Below are positions 25,374 through 40,386 of a stretch of DNA of 64,000 nt, one piece after another. Under the pieces are notes generated by a model that searched no databases, was not told the DNA's origin, and saw only the letters and a list, made by a program, of their open reading frames with translations. Source of the stretch: Octopus vulgaris (taxonomy: Eukaryota); assembly GCA_951406725.2 (NCBI GenBank), contig OX597823.1, positions 38,626,001 to 38,690,000 of the forward strand, given 5' to 3'. Numbering within the stretch: position 1 is the stretch's first letter; each line of letters opens with the position of its first letter. The position numbers and the translations under genes were made by a program.

Positions 25374-28300
25374 ACCACCAAGATGCATTGTGTTTCAGTA
25401 AACTGGTTTATTTAGTAGTAAAAGCAACAGTCATGAGTATCATCAACTGGAATCAAATGAAGACTGGCCTGAATTTTTTCAAGATTAAATATAATCAGGA
25501 CATGAAAGCCACATGAATTTAGTGATACTTAAGAATTCAAATCTTCCACATTTGACCACAGTAAGGCACAGTAAAGTGCAGCAACAAACATCGCCATAGA
25601 TGTATTAAGAGCCATCAAGATATTTATATATTTATATAAACCACAAACAGCTAATGTGTTCACTATACTAGAACCATGAACATCAAATATGTTTAGCACA
25701 CTAAAACCATAAACAACAATGTGTTTATTGTATTATAACAATGAACATCTCATATGTTTACTATACTGTAATCATGGGCAATCATGGGCAAATGTATTTT
25801 CTATGCTAGAATCATGAAAATATAATATGCTTGGTGGATAAGAAGCCTGAACATCTAATGTGCTTACTGTATTAGAACCATGAAGATCTAATGTGTTTCC
25901 TCTACTAGAACTATGAAGACCTAATGTGTTTTCTATATTACAACCATTCACATCTAATGTGTTTATTGTACTAGAACCATGAATATTTAATGTTTTTGCT
26001 AGAACCATGAACACCTAATATGCTAAAAATCATCATCTTTGTCATTTAATGTCTCTTTTGAATCTGAATTTAGTTTTAAAACAAGCATTACTCTCTGTTA
26101 AAGAGTAACAAAACATTTAGCAAAATATGAAGCAGTTACAAAACTCAGAAGAAATCTACAAAAATACTAAAAGAAAAACCATAGAAGTAATGATATTTTA
26201 AAGTAATTTGTTTCGTTTTCAAATGCAGTCAATAGTTTTATAAAAAAACTCATTCCAGTACACAAAACACAAGTAAGAAATAAGGAATAAGTTTATTTGG
26301 TTTAGCACTTCTGAATTTAAATAATATTGTTTTGAAAGTGGTTTGTGTAATCTTCCTTCACAGTTGAATCAGCTTTATGATTTGTGATAATGGATTAACT
26401 TTTGACAGAGAAAGTTTTAAAAAATCCAATAAAGAATTTAAAAAAATGATATTTGAAGCTTACCTCGGCTACTGATTGAGCACTTTCATTCTTAGACCAA
26501 AATTTGTTGACCAGATTTGCTTTTTGACTAAAGGAACTTTCAAACTGAAAGCAAAAACAAAAGAAAAAGACAAAAATTGAAATTACTTAGTACATACAAA
26601 ATAGTACCTACAAAGTACATTAGTATATACAAAAATATCAAAAATATATAAAGATGAATGTATATAAATATTAGTTATAGTAAGGTTTTATTTTAAAGCA
26701 AATTTTAAAATAACAGTAGCATATTTTCTCATAAAGGACTTGATATTAAGAGTAGAGTCAAATTAATTTTAAAATTCATTTTGTAATAAATCTGACCCAA
26801 CAAAATAGAATATATTTAAAAATTCATTTTGCTTGCTGGTTTATTCGAATAATCCAAGAGATAAAACTCAAAATCCCAGTCAAAATGAATTTTTGCAATG
26901 AAAATGAAAACATTAACATCCAATTTCAATCAGTAGAACTAATCCAGTTTCAAGAATGAGGTGTGTGATGAGATCTGAAGCAGCAACAAGAGAAACTCTA
27001 GAAAGTGTGATTTATGTAACTTGGGAAAAGGATTGAAGATAGGGATAAGATGTTACAGGAAAGTAGTTTGTTAGATTTAGTTTTTAACCCTAAAGCCATA
27101 TCTGGCCCAAAATATTCCACCGGTTTTATGTTCAAACTGACTAGATCCAGCCTATCATACCTACCCTACAATGTCATTCTAAAAATAAGCACACACATCA
27201 TTGAAATCTTGAAGCTATGAGATGATGCATGATTAATTTAAAACAATATGATAAAATGATCATTACACTCGATAGTATAATCTGAATGCTAATGGGTTAA
27301 TGAAAAGTTAAAATAACACATTTAGACACATTAAATCTAACATAGACTAACATAATACTTTCTTTGGACAGTGACTGTAATATAGACTAATGTGACCAAT
27401 TCATTAGAAATTTTAAGTTACAGCAGTCTCGGTTATATAAAAAAAAAATATCATACAATGAAAATGGATGAAACTTGTGAAAGAGAGAGAGCGCTAGAAA
27501 GACATAGGATGAAGTGGTGAAGACTGATCACAAGTGACACAAAGCAGAGAAAAAGGAACAGCGACAAATTGTGAGACATAGTGCTAGGGAAGAAGGACCT
27601 ACTTTTGGAAGCATGGCAAAATGGATGTTAAAAGGCGGTGGTCATGGAGGTTGGGATGTATAATTTGTCTAAATTTGGGTTGTCTCACTCATTACATTTG
27701 TTAATTTTCCATCTATTTCCTCTCACCTCTCTGTTACCCCCTCATCTATTACTCACCCTCCCACCTATTCACTGCACCATGCCAACTGTGTAACAATTAA
27801 TAACATTACTGTTGCTGACTTCTACCACCACCATTAACCACCGCATCTCTCTTTCTGATCACAATGCTAGAGTACAAAGGATAGTGTAAGACCTGTCTGG
27901 TGAACATGCTGTTATCATACTTCTTAATAGTTAATTATTGATCTCTCTCCTTCACATCACTTATTGATTCCACCACTCTCCTGGTTGCCCATCTTTATTG
28001 CCATCTCTCCTTTGCTTTATCACTCATTGTTGACATACATCACATACACTCTCTCTTACTTTCATAATTCTCTCTTTCATCACTTTGTCACCTTCCTATC
28101 ATTCTCACTTCCTCAATTATGCTACTCACACTATTTTTCTATTCAATCTCCTTACCAACAACCATGTAGCTACCCATCACTGTTTCTCTTCCATTACTCC
28201 CTCCTCTATCACCCTCTCATCTTTGTTTCTCATACTATCTCGTCTTTCGTGTTATTCTTCTCTCTCTTTGACATCACTCTTTAAAGCAACCTCTCTAGTA

Positions 28301-30510
28301 CTGGTTCCATGATAAAACTGACCCAGGAGTCTGTGAATTGGTTGGTGAAGGAACAGAGAAAATGTAGAGTAGAGAAGTCACTTAAGTTTTACCAAGGATA
28401 TGACAATTTCTTTTGTGCTGGTGTAATAATAAAATCCAATCAATACTCTCTGATTGGAAAACAAGTGTTTACCATTAGGAATGGGATCAATGACCCACCT
28501 AACCCTTGCCACCAAGGAAAACAAATATAATAAGCATGGAGCTAATTAAAAACATGGTTGTCCTTGCATATAGGCTTGTCTCCTGTAGTGCTGATGCCAT
28601 ATTAGAAGCACCCATACCAGTGCTGTGTAAATGCATCTGTGCTGGTGCTGTGTAAATGCATCCATGCTGATGCTGTGTAAAATCACTTAGTACACTCTGT
28701 AAAGTGGTTGGCATTAAGAAGGACATCCAGCTGTGGAAACCATGCCAAAACAGACATGGAACCTGGGCAGCTCTTCGGTTGGCCAGCTCCATGTTAAACT
28801 GTCCAACCTATGCCAGCATGGAAAGCAGACGTTAAATGATGATGATTTTTAAAAATGTTGCCATACAAGTCTAATGCAAACACTTATATTGATGATAGTT
28901 TAAAAGGTGAAAATTTGAAAATTGAATATGGTGATAAAGAAAGACAATGTTTCAGGCCTGGGTGCCTGATTAAGAAGATGTGAAACAACCAGGTTTTCCT
29001 GAATTGAAACCCAACTAGTCCAGTCATTGGTGAAAATATTCCAGTTTAGTTTCAAACTGAAGTGAAACTTACTTTGTCTCTGGCCCATTGTATACAATGT
29101 TCTATATTTGCAGGGAATGACTTCAAGGTACAATAAGGTATTTCTTCATCCAGGGGATCATTCTAGAGAAAAACAAAAGGAAAAACAAACAATGAAAATG
29201 ATAAATGAAAAGGGTAAGTTGGCAGTAAACCAAGATGTCAACAATTATTTCAAACACACGTCTAACTCCATAGCTGAGCACTTTGGTTTAGGAAATGTGT
29301 ATGTAACAGTAAAAATATTTGTGGTAGTTATTAATACTACTGTGTGAATTACAACATCAACCTGCGTTAGTTAGCATAGGAAACTGGATGTCAATCTTCA
29401 ACAATGTGTGTGGAGTGTGGGGGGGGACATTAACTCTACTCTATTAATTTAAACCTCATTGTACTGATCAAATTTTTGTACTTGACAAGCTGTAACATAT
29501 TAATCATATGCAAATCAGTTCTTGCAGTCTCTTTCTATTGACCTGTAAAATTAAAATGCACATACGAAATGCTGAGGATTCTAGAAAGGAGCCCACTATC
29601 AAGAACAAGTTAACTTGGTTCCTGTGTCTCATGGTAAACTCAGTTTCCAAGCAGTAAGGCTTAAAGTCATGAGTTCTTATTATTCTAACATAATGTGTCA
29701 TAAACCACACAATATATCATATCTACTTCAGCCAATTCATAATATTTGCCTTAGATGAATCTAGATAGAAATAAATGTCAATCCTTTCACTTTACAGCTT
29801 TAAAATTAACCTCAACAATGACATTCAGCAGTGAAAAACATTTTCTCCTTGCAGATGTTTGATTCTTTCAATAATTCACCTTATGATAATGGCAGAAAAC
29901 CTTTTCCTCCAATTATGAAAATAACAAAAATACTTCAATGAATTCTCTCCTAATTATATGAGGCAGAGCTGATGACCTACATAACAGTTTTTATAACATA
30001 ATATAGTTGCTATATTTTACCGCTTAGTGTTCTTGTTTAGGAGCAAGAGCCACAGAAATGAGACCTCAATAAGTTAAATATATAACATAGTTTTTATTGA
30101 TTTATATAGTATAATTGGGGAGTATAGATGCAGTCAACAATTTGGAAGTGTTTGGCAGTGGTTAAGAAGCATACTTCCCAACCATGTGATTTCGGGTTCA
30201 GTACCACTATATGGTATTCTGGACAAGTGTCATCTATTTTAGTCATGAGCTGACCAAAAAGCTTGTGAATGGATTTGGTGGATGGAAACTGAAAGAATAC
30301 TGTGTGTACTTAGATATATATATTTATATATATACATCTATATTGCTTTTGGTAGCCTAAGGACTAACATGAGGAGTCACCAGATGAAGTGAATGAATAA
30401 CATGGGTGGATGGTAGTAATAGTAATGTGAGTGTGTTGTTGACTATTTGGTTGTACCTTTTTGCCTGTCTTCTCACTGAACTATCATGTCATCTTCGACA
30501 GTAGAGTCTG

Positions 30511-30550
<40 letters not shown>

Positions 30551-31199
30551 TGCACACACACACACATATATATATATATATACACACACACGTGTGTGTG
30601 TGCACATGTATTTGCTTATCTTTGCACTTCTCAATAATTTCAAGCTATAAGCAGTGATATTCTCCTTCTCAACAAATCATTCACTGACTTTGCACCTTCT
30701 AAGACAGGTGAAATAAGAGATCTTCTATGTGAAGCAAGGGTTTGTGACAGCAATGTCATCTGGTTGCAAAAACAATGCCTCACTTATGTATTTGTCTAAC
30801 CCGTGCTAGCATGAAAAACAAACATAAACAAACACCAGTGGGAAATGAAATACCCAGGGATTGTGCAACAAGCTCAGTGGGTTACACCAAGTGGTTGATC
30901 ACTGAACCAGTGGTTCAAACCATTTTGTATTGGTTCTGTTAAAAAAGAATCAAGAAAATGGGTTATTTACTTATGATATATGTTGACATATCAGAATAAA
31001 ACAGCACATAAACCCATTATAGTTTTGATATGCTAGGGCACTGTCTTGAAGGGTTTTAGTCAAACAAATTAGACCCCAGAACTGTCTGATACTTATTCTA
31101 TTGGTCTCTTTGGCCAAACCACCAAGTTATAGGGACATAAACAAAGCAACACCGATTGTAAAGTGGTGTCATTGTGGGGAGAACATAGATACAAAGACA

Positions 31200-31251
<52 letters not shown>

Positions 31252-31305
31252 CATATATATATTTATATATATATACATGTATATATATATATATATATGT
31301 ATATG

Positions 31306-31359
<54 letters not shown>

Positions 31360-34300
31360 CACACACACTCAATGAATGTCCACACAATTTCTATCTGCTA
31401 AATTCACTTACAAGGCATTGGTCAGCCTAGGCGTGTAGTAGAAGACACTTGCCTAAAATGTTGTGCAGTGGAACTGAACCTGAAATCACATGGATGCAAA
31501 GCAAACTTCTTAACTGCACAGCCACGTTGTTTATAGTTTATTGCTTATTTATATTTGTTGCCGTGGGAACAAAAATATAAAAATAGCTGAATAGATGAAA
31601 GATATCTGACTGGAAAATTAGAGGCTTGTATTATCCCTAACATAAGCAGTATCTTAGATAAGGTACTAAACTCTCTTGTGTCACTTATCTCTAACACTAA
31701 TATAATGAGAAATTAATTGGAAATGATATTTATTTTGGTCAATGGAACTAAGGTGAAATCTTGTTAGATTTTATTAACTTTCAACTTTTCAGGCATTTTG
31801 AAGTTTATAAACAGATCAAGTTAGATGAATGAGAGAGAAATATGGACAGACAGCCTTACCTGGTTACTGTAGGACTCAGTGAGGTGGGGAACAATAACTT
31901 GTACATGTCCTTTAGTCCCCATTGTACCAGATTCAAGAAGAGCACGCTGGTTGGTGACGCAACGACTAGAAGGGGAAAGGAGTCAAAATGAGAAAAACAT
32001 AATTGAACACATCCACATATACATGCTCATGCACACAAACGTGCACACACTCACACACACACATACCCAAGTTGATCATATTGACCCCATATTTTTATGA
32101 CTGGTACTTATTTTATCGAATCTATTTGTTGCACTGCTAAGTTACAGAATATAAGCAAAGAAACTGCTTTTTCATGCTGACACCAATACATATATCATTA
32201 CCAGAAAAGCATAAAGTTTGCATCTAGTTCATAATTGTGCTCAACAAGTGTTTCAAGATAAACACCATCAAATGTAAAATTACATAATTATGATACATAC
32301 CTAATTTAGATAAAATCAAGTCAAATTTATTCAAAAATAATGTTTAACCAAATCATCAAGAAGGCTATGCTTTGTTGAGCACAATTCAAGTATGAATAAT
32401 ATGCGAAATTTATGTTTTTCTGCTAAGTACATAGCTTTTAAAAATCATTTAAGTCAATTATAAACATCCATGCAAGTTGATCCCACTTAGATTTAACAAT
32501 TTGCTATTTACTGAGATTTTAGTTACTATGGATTTATTTTTTGATGTCTATACATCAATTATCTCACTCCCTCTTTATATCATATAAAGAGGGTAATGTT
32601 CACCACTCACTACATTCTCCTTTCTCTGCCTCTCTATTTTTCACTTGCCTTTGGCACTCTCGCAAGTTTGCTGCCTATTCATCCAATCCAATATTCTGTA
32701 CCACTTCAATTATATACACCTCCCTGTGCCTTGAGGGTATGCTCCAACACATCCTCACCACCATTCTCTCTCTTTTCCAACTGAAGTAGCCATGCTTCTC
32801 CTTCACTGCAAGATACCTGTTTCTGTTCCATCTACCATATTCTAACCTCTTATCACCTGGCACAAAGCCACCTCCCACAATACTACTCCTCCTCTTTGAG
32901 TGAGCATTGTCATGGAAGTTACTTGATGACCTCACAGCTGCTGGTTCCACGTAATAAGCACCTAGTACACTCTGTTAAGTGGCTGGTGTTAATAAGAAAC
33001 CAAAAATATGCCAAAGCAGAGAGTAGAGCTTGGTGCAGTCCTCTGGCTTGCCAGCTCCTGTCAAATGGTCCAATCCATGCCAGCATGGAAAAAGGATGTC
33101 TGATGATGAAGATGATTTATACATATATGGAGTCTGGAGCAGTCTTCCAGCTTGCCAGCCCTAGTCAAACCATCAAACCCATGCCAGCATGGACAACGAC
33201 CATTAAATGATGATGATGATGATGATGATATGTATGCATGTATATATATATATGATATAGTAGAACCTTGCAGTATGAGTGCATCATTGTACGAGGAATT
33301 TGCTGTACAAGTTGAGGCTCGTGCAAATTTTTGTCTTGAAGTATGAGTGGAAATCCGCAGTACAAGAAAGTTTCATACAAGCTACCGCTAGTTGGTGCTC
33401 ACACATGCTCTCCCAACAAGCAAAGTCTTTGCTCGCTCAGTTCATGTGTATCTCATGGAAGCATCTTTGTTGTGTTTTTCCCACTGTTTTTGTTTAGTTT
33501 TGTGCGCTTTTTGCTATTATTTTATGATAATTAGTTGTGTTAGCCAAATCCTAAGAATATAAGTGCAAAGGACAGTGCTGAGAAGAAGAAAAAGCTTATT
33601 ATGATAGAATTGAAGAAGGAAATCGTTGATAAACATGAGAGAGGAGTGTATATAGTGGACATAGCATGTTAATACGACTGAAGCAAGTTGATGATCTGCA
33701 CCATCCTAAAGAAAAAGGATGAGATCAAGGCCATTACGACAGCAAAGGGTGTCTCCAGGCTCTCTAAGCAACACACATCTGTCTACAAAAGGATGGAAAA
33801 ATTGCTTGTGGATCAATGAGAAGCAACTTGCAGGGGATATGATTATGGAGACCATCATCTGCTAGAAAGTATGAGCACTATATGGGAATCTTCTGAAGCA
33901 GAACCCTAGAATGACAACAAAGGAGACATCAGCAGATGCATCTAAGGCCAGTTGTGGCTGGTTTGATAATTTCAGGAAGAGGACTGGTGTTCACAGTGTC
34001 ATCAGATATGGAGCAGCAACGAGTTCTGACATGAAAACAGCTGAGGATTTCATGTGTGAATTCTGTCAGCTCATCGCAGCTGAGGAGTACATTGTACAAC
34101 AGGTATTCAACTGTGATGAAACTGGCCATTTTTGGCAAAAAAATGCCCAGAAGAACCTACATGACTGCAGAAGAGAAGAAAATGCCAGGCCACAAGCCTA
34201 TCAAAGATAGGCTAACATTTGCCCTTTGTGCCAATGTGAGTGGAGACTTGAAAATTAAGCCACTCTGTGTCTACCATTCTGAAAACTTATGAGTGTTCAA

Positions 34301-37300
34301 GTTGCGCAAAATCCTGAAAGAGAAGCTGCAGGTCATGTGGGGGGCAAACATGGAAGCCTGGGTCACCAGGCAATTCTTCTCCAAGTGAGTCAACCTTGTC
34401 TTCAGACCAACAGTGAGAAAGTATCTTCTGGAGAACACTCTTCAACCTCAACTATGTTCCTGCTCACCCTCCTAACCTTGAAGATGATGTCTTGGATGAA
34501 TTTAAATTTATAAAAGTTATGTACCTTTCATGCAACACCACCACTATCTTGCAGCCCATGGACCAACAGGTAATTTCTAATTTTAAGAAATCGTACACCA
34601 AACACCTGTTTCTTCAGTGCTTTAAAGTCAACGAAAATACAAATCTAACCCTTCAGGAGTTTTGAAAGGAGTACTACAACATTGTAAAATCATTGATATG
34701 ACCTGGCAGTATAGCAGAGGACAGTGTAATGGAGAATGCTATCTCTATGAGTGACATAAAGGTTGTGTTGGTAAAGTGGCGGCATGTTTCTAAATTTGTA
34801 GAAAAATATCATCCTGAAAAAGTAGCTACAAGTTATAGAGCTACTTTATTTAATGACACTGCTCTGGCACATTTATGTAACATTTTAAGAGGCAGGAAAA
34901 AAGCAGACTTCTCTTGATATGTTTGTAATGAAAACACCTGCAAGTGTAAAAAGTGAAGAAAGTGTGTCTAAAAAGCCTAAATTAAGCGAAGTGAGAGAGA
35001 AACATCAGAAATTGTTCTTGAAGTCTTAATGGAAGGAGATCCACCTTCCAAACAGTAATCCTCCTCCTCCTTGCTCTATTGTCTTCCTTACACACAGATC
35101 GTCCCATCTTTAAGGTAATTCAGTTAATAAAATCAGTTTACATATTTCTTATGCATTCTCTTTTTATAATTGTCATTTATATAATTTATATAATTTTTTA
35201 TAATTATCATTTTACTTGTAGCTACACCATTTGTTTATTTTGGAGTGGTTTTGGTGGGCTGGAATGGATTAATTATATTTTAGTTAATTTCAATGGAGAA
35301 AACTGATTTGTAAAATGAGTAAATCGTAAAGCGAGCTCAGTCATAGAATGAATTAAAGTCGTACTGCAAGGTATCACTGTATACTGAGAAATGCATAAAT
35401 ATAGGCAACTACATCAGTACAAGTCTATAAACAACATGAACATGATTGAAAATAGATATATGGAGTTTATTTTTATGAATTAGAACAAGTTGTCTGCCTC
35501 TCTTACCTGTCCATATAGCGCCGTGCTTCAACATTGTCTAATGCATTAACTAGAACATGTTGGTTTTCGAAGAAAGTATCAGTATAGATTGTGTGTTCTG
35601 TTTGGGGACACACTAAACAAAAATAGGAAAAATGAAAATGTAAGAAAAAAGGTTTTTGTATTTTATTTATCAGAAAAAATATTTCAATGTAATAAAGGTA
35701 AAATATAAAAGATAAAGATGAAAGGTAAGAATAAGGTATACCTTTAATGATAGCTTATAATGACGGTATAGGGCAAATAATTTCAGGGAGATAATTATGT
35801 TGATTGTATTGAACTTGATACACAACATTGAGAACATCAGATGATAAAATTAATTAGGGAAAACTAAAGTGTACACACACACACAGTTTTGGAAGTATTA
35901 CCAAGGGTTTATTTGAGAAATTTCCTTAGAGTTTTTCTAAACCTTTGATAAGAGTTTTCATTTCTTATACTAAATCTAAATTACAGCCTCCACGTGTATT
36001 TATTCAGTTTAAAAGCTTATCTGTGATATCATGCTTTAATACTTGGTATTTGTAGGCACTGAGTTTTAATAACAGTCATAAAGATTGGTGCTGACTTCAT
36101 TGTTTTGTAACAATGTTAAGACTTGAAAGGTATGGCAGTTTGTCAGGTACATTTTACAGCAGGCCAGGCCAATTTGAATTACATTGCAGGTCACTTTAAT
36201 CACAGAAAGGTTTTGAGAGCCACTTGTATAATAACAGAATTGAAAGCATTTTGCTTTCTCATGCTATTATTACAATAATGAATGAACGATTGTTAATTCA
36301 ATATGAAATATTATCATTGCAAAAACAATATTCTTTTATTTGTTTAAGTCATTTGACTCTGACCATCCTGGAGCACTGCCTTTAGTCGAACAACTCGACC
36401 CTAGGACTTATTCTTTGTTAGCCTAGTACTTATTCTATCGGTCTCTTTTGCTGAACCACTAAATTATGGGTACGTAAACACACCAACATTAGTTGTCAAG
36501 CAATGATTTGGGAGTGGGGAACAAACACAGACACACAAACATTTACACATATATATACGATGGGCTTCTTTCAGTTTCAGTCTACCAAATCCACTCACAA
36601 GGCTTTGGTCAGCCTGAGGCTATAATAGAAAACACTTGCCCAAGGTACTATGCAGTGGGACTGAACTTGGAACCATGTGGCTGGTAAGCAAGCCACACAG
36701 CCACTCCTGTGCCTAGTAGTATCATTCTTTTTTTACTTTTCATTACAATCCTTAATTTTTGATAAATTAAAAAAAATATTTGTTTAAATAAACCTGTTTC
36801 AAGAAAGTATCAAGCGAGCCACAAGATAGTTGCCTGTGAGCTGCAGGCCTTAGGTTGACCAGCCCTGCTTTAGAGTGAAAGTCACCATATATATATATAT
36901 ATATATAAGGTGTATTCCATTAGGAATGTAGTAGAGTACAAAATAGAGCTCATTCACCCTTAGAATTACCAAATAACATGTAGTATTATGGTAAACTTCC
37001 GAATTTAGGTTTAGGCATTCATCACGTGTGAAAATAAAACTGAAAAAATAGAATCAACAACGAGTATGGTTAGATAGCTATTTAATAAACACTACACAGG
37101 TTTTGATACAACATAGATCCACATATACACAAGATATAAAGTAAGCAACTTACACAAGATTTAAAGTAAGTATCATCTGAGAAGATACATCTGGATCCCA
37201 TTATACAGGTAAACCATTGCTTACTTAAAATCTTGAGTATATGTGGATCTATGTTGTATCGAAACATGTGTAGTGTTTATTAAAAAGCTGTCTAACTTTA

Positions 37301-40300
37301 CTCCTTCTTGTTGACTCTATTTTTTTCACTTTTTCAATTTTATACATATATATAAATAGATATATAGATATATATCATTCAACCCATGCCAACATAGAAA
37401 GAGGACATTAATTGATGATGATGATGATATATATACAAACTATAGAAACTCTGTGTGTGTGTGTCACCATCATCATCATCCATCTTGTCTCTTGTACTGG
37501 AAATGACAATATCTGACAAGTCAGAAGGCTGTGCTAAGCTCCAATGCCTGTTTGTCATTAGTTTTTATAGTTGGATGCCCCTTCCTAAGGCAAAATACTT
37601 TGAAAGTGTACAGAATGCATATTTTCATAGCACCAGCACTAGTAAGATTGCCATGCAGTCTGCAAAACTAAAAAACCCTTAAAACACACATACACACATG
37701 TAATCATTGAAATCAAATCAAAGAATTATATATTCTTTACCTTTATTTTGATGTGCATCAATTTTAAGAGCTGAAATTACAAAAAATTGGAATCAATGAA
37801 GCATTTTCAGATGATTTATTTTAAGAAAAATATTGTCAATGGCTGTACCTGTCAGTCACATCCATACACACACAGGAATAACACATACAACAACAATGCT
37901 GTCATTAGCTGTGAACATCCAATGGGTCTGCCTGTGGTTCACTATATTTCCATTAGTGAAAATGATCAAAGACTGTTTGTGCAACATGGGCAGAATAAAA
38001 TATCACAAAATAATTTTGTTTGACATACTGGTTTAGTGTTTTTTTTTACCAATGTGCATATCATTCACTGACATACACGGCAATATATATGTGTATACAT
38101 ATACAAAAAGCTTCTTTACAGTTTCCATTTACCTAATTACACTCATAAAGCATTATTGAACCCAAAACTATGGTTGAAGTTTTGCTGCACTGTGTGAATG
38201 AACTTGAAACTGTGTAGTTACAAAATGAGCTTCTTAACCACACAGCCATGCTTGTACTTGAAGCAAGAATATTTCAAAGATATCTCTGCCTAAAGAGATA
38301 AACAGCTCATATTTTATTGAAATAGCTTCCATGTTACTAGGCTTTACATAAATAGCATTTGTTAAAAATTTGTAAGATTCAAGAAATAAGTTGACAAGTA
38401 TTGTCAGAACCAAAACTAAGAATGAATCCATGGCTTCACATCCCATGTGAAATGTTAAGAACTCACCGGGGTTTATCTCTAAGACAGAATTGGCTGCTGT
38501 TGTACTCTTAGGATGCTACAGGAGAAAATGGTAAAAGAAATATTTAGAATTAGCAGTTTTAGTTGAAAATTGTAAAACAGCAAAAGAAATTGTCAAGATA
38601 TACTACTGAAAACCAGTGACTTACTCTAATATGCTGAGGTCGGAACAGAAACTGTCGATTTAAGTTTGATTTTTCAATCAAATCATTATCTGTGATAGTA
38701 ATCTGCAACATGAAAAATTAAGATTAAGATCAGAGATTAATTCTTCAACTGTTCTTGCTTTTGTTTTAAGTATGCTTTTATCTTAGTGACATTTATTAAG
38801 ATAAGTTTAGCTTTCTCAGGCTTCATTCCTTATAAAATGAAACATCTTGTGTATGCTACCAACTACAAAAGTGGCTGTGAGACTAAAATTTACATCACTT
38901 CTGTGACTTGATTAGAAGAGTTAATTAACACTGAGGAATTTAGAATTAAATTTTCAGTCTTAGTTTAATTCAAAGTTGGAAACAATTTTCCTTTTCATCT
39001 CTTTGAAATGGCTAACAATGCATCAATGATACACCGTATCCACCTGAGACTACTCCTAGGTATGTGATAGAAACCTCAAAAATTTCATGCTAACTTATGT
39101 TCTAAACACCTGCTTAATAATGATAGTTATTTTACTAAATCTTCATTATTTTCAAGATTTATTAAAACAAAGACATGACTGAAACATGGTAATGAAAGAT
39201 CAGGTGGACTTTGGGATTTGTTCTATACATAGAATTGAGAGGTTTTAGTTGCATGTATGATAGGCTCAATACAGTTCCATTTACCAAATTTTACAAAAAA
39301 AAGCAATAGGTCAAGCCAGAATAGAAGACACTTGCCCCAGGTTGGCACCTGGTGGGATCAAACCCAGATCTATATAGTTGTGAAGTAAGCTTACTAACCA
39401 CATAACCACCAACTATCACACATAAACTGATGTGTCTGTCCTATTGCTACTAAAGGATACTGATTTTTAGTGGTGAGCAGGTCATTGTTTTAAACCACCC
39501 AGTCAACACAACATGACAACAAGCAAATAATTTACATGGTGTCAGAATAAATAATAATGTGTGTGTGTGTTTAATGCATGTTTATATGTCACTGTTCTTC
39601 AAAGTGGAGGAATATATAGTCATTGTACAAACCAAACCATCTCCTTGAGTCGCTAAACCAAGCAAAGCAAAGTTTTTCAACATTTCACACCCAATGGCTC
39701 CACATCCAACCTAAAAAAAATTAAATGGCCAGACATCAGTAAATAACATAACTAGCACTGAATCACTAGATAATGATCATATTGAACAGATGATGATGAT
39801 GATGATGATGATAATGAGGTGTGGGGGAATGATTAGTACAATTGACTCTGGTGGGATTTCAACTCAAAATGTAAAAATTTAAAACAAATACTACAAGGCA
39901 CTTGGATGCTGTAATAATTCTGCCAATCCACTGCCCTGAACCATAGCCATAATAACAGCAAAAATAATAGCAATAGTTTATCATTTAGGCACAAGGTCAG
40001 CACTTTTAAGGGGAGGGGATCAGTCACTACCATCAGCACTAGAGTTTGACTGGTACTTTATTTCATTGACAGGATTTGAAATCAGAAAGTAAGGAGCCAG
40101 AACAATAGCTGCAAAGCATTTCTTCAAACACTCTAACAACATCTACAACAGCAATAATAATAATAATAACAATAATAATAATAATAATCCTCTCGACTAC
40201 AGGGACAAAGTCTGAAACTTTTGGGGAGGGAGATAGTTAATTACATCAACCCCAGTACTTTTTTCAGTGATCCCCGAAAGGATGAAAGGCAAAACTGACC

Positions 40301-40352
40301 TCAGCAGAAATTAGTAATAGCAACAGCAATAGCAATAACGATGACGATGATG

Positions 40353-40386
<34 letters not shown>

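Noticed and set aside
26340-26430. Hairpin ending in ACA with CTTTCTCTGTCAA similar to the duplicated element
   Set aside because: Only ~30 nt from the donor, no room for a 5' hairpin or H box; the short match may be chance.
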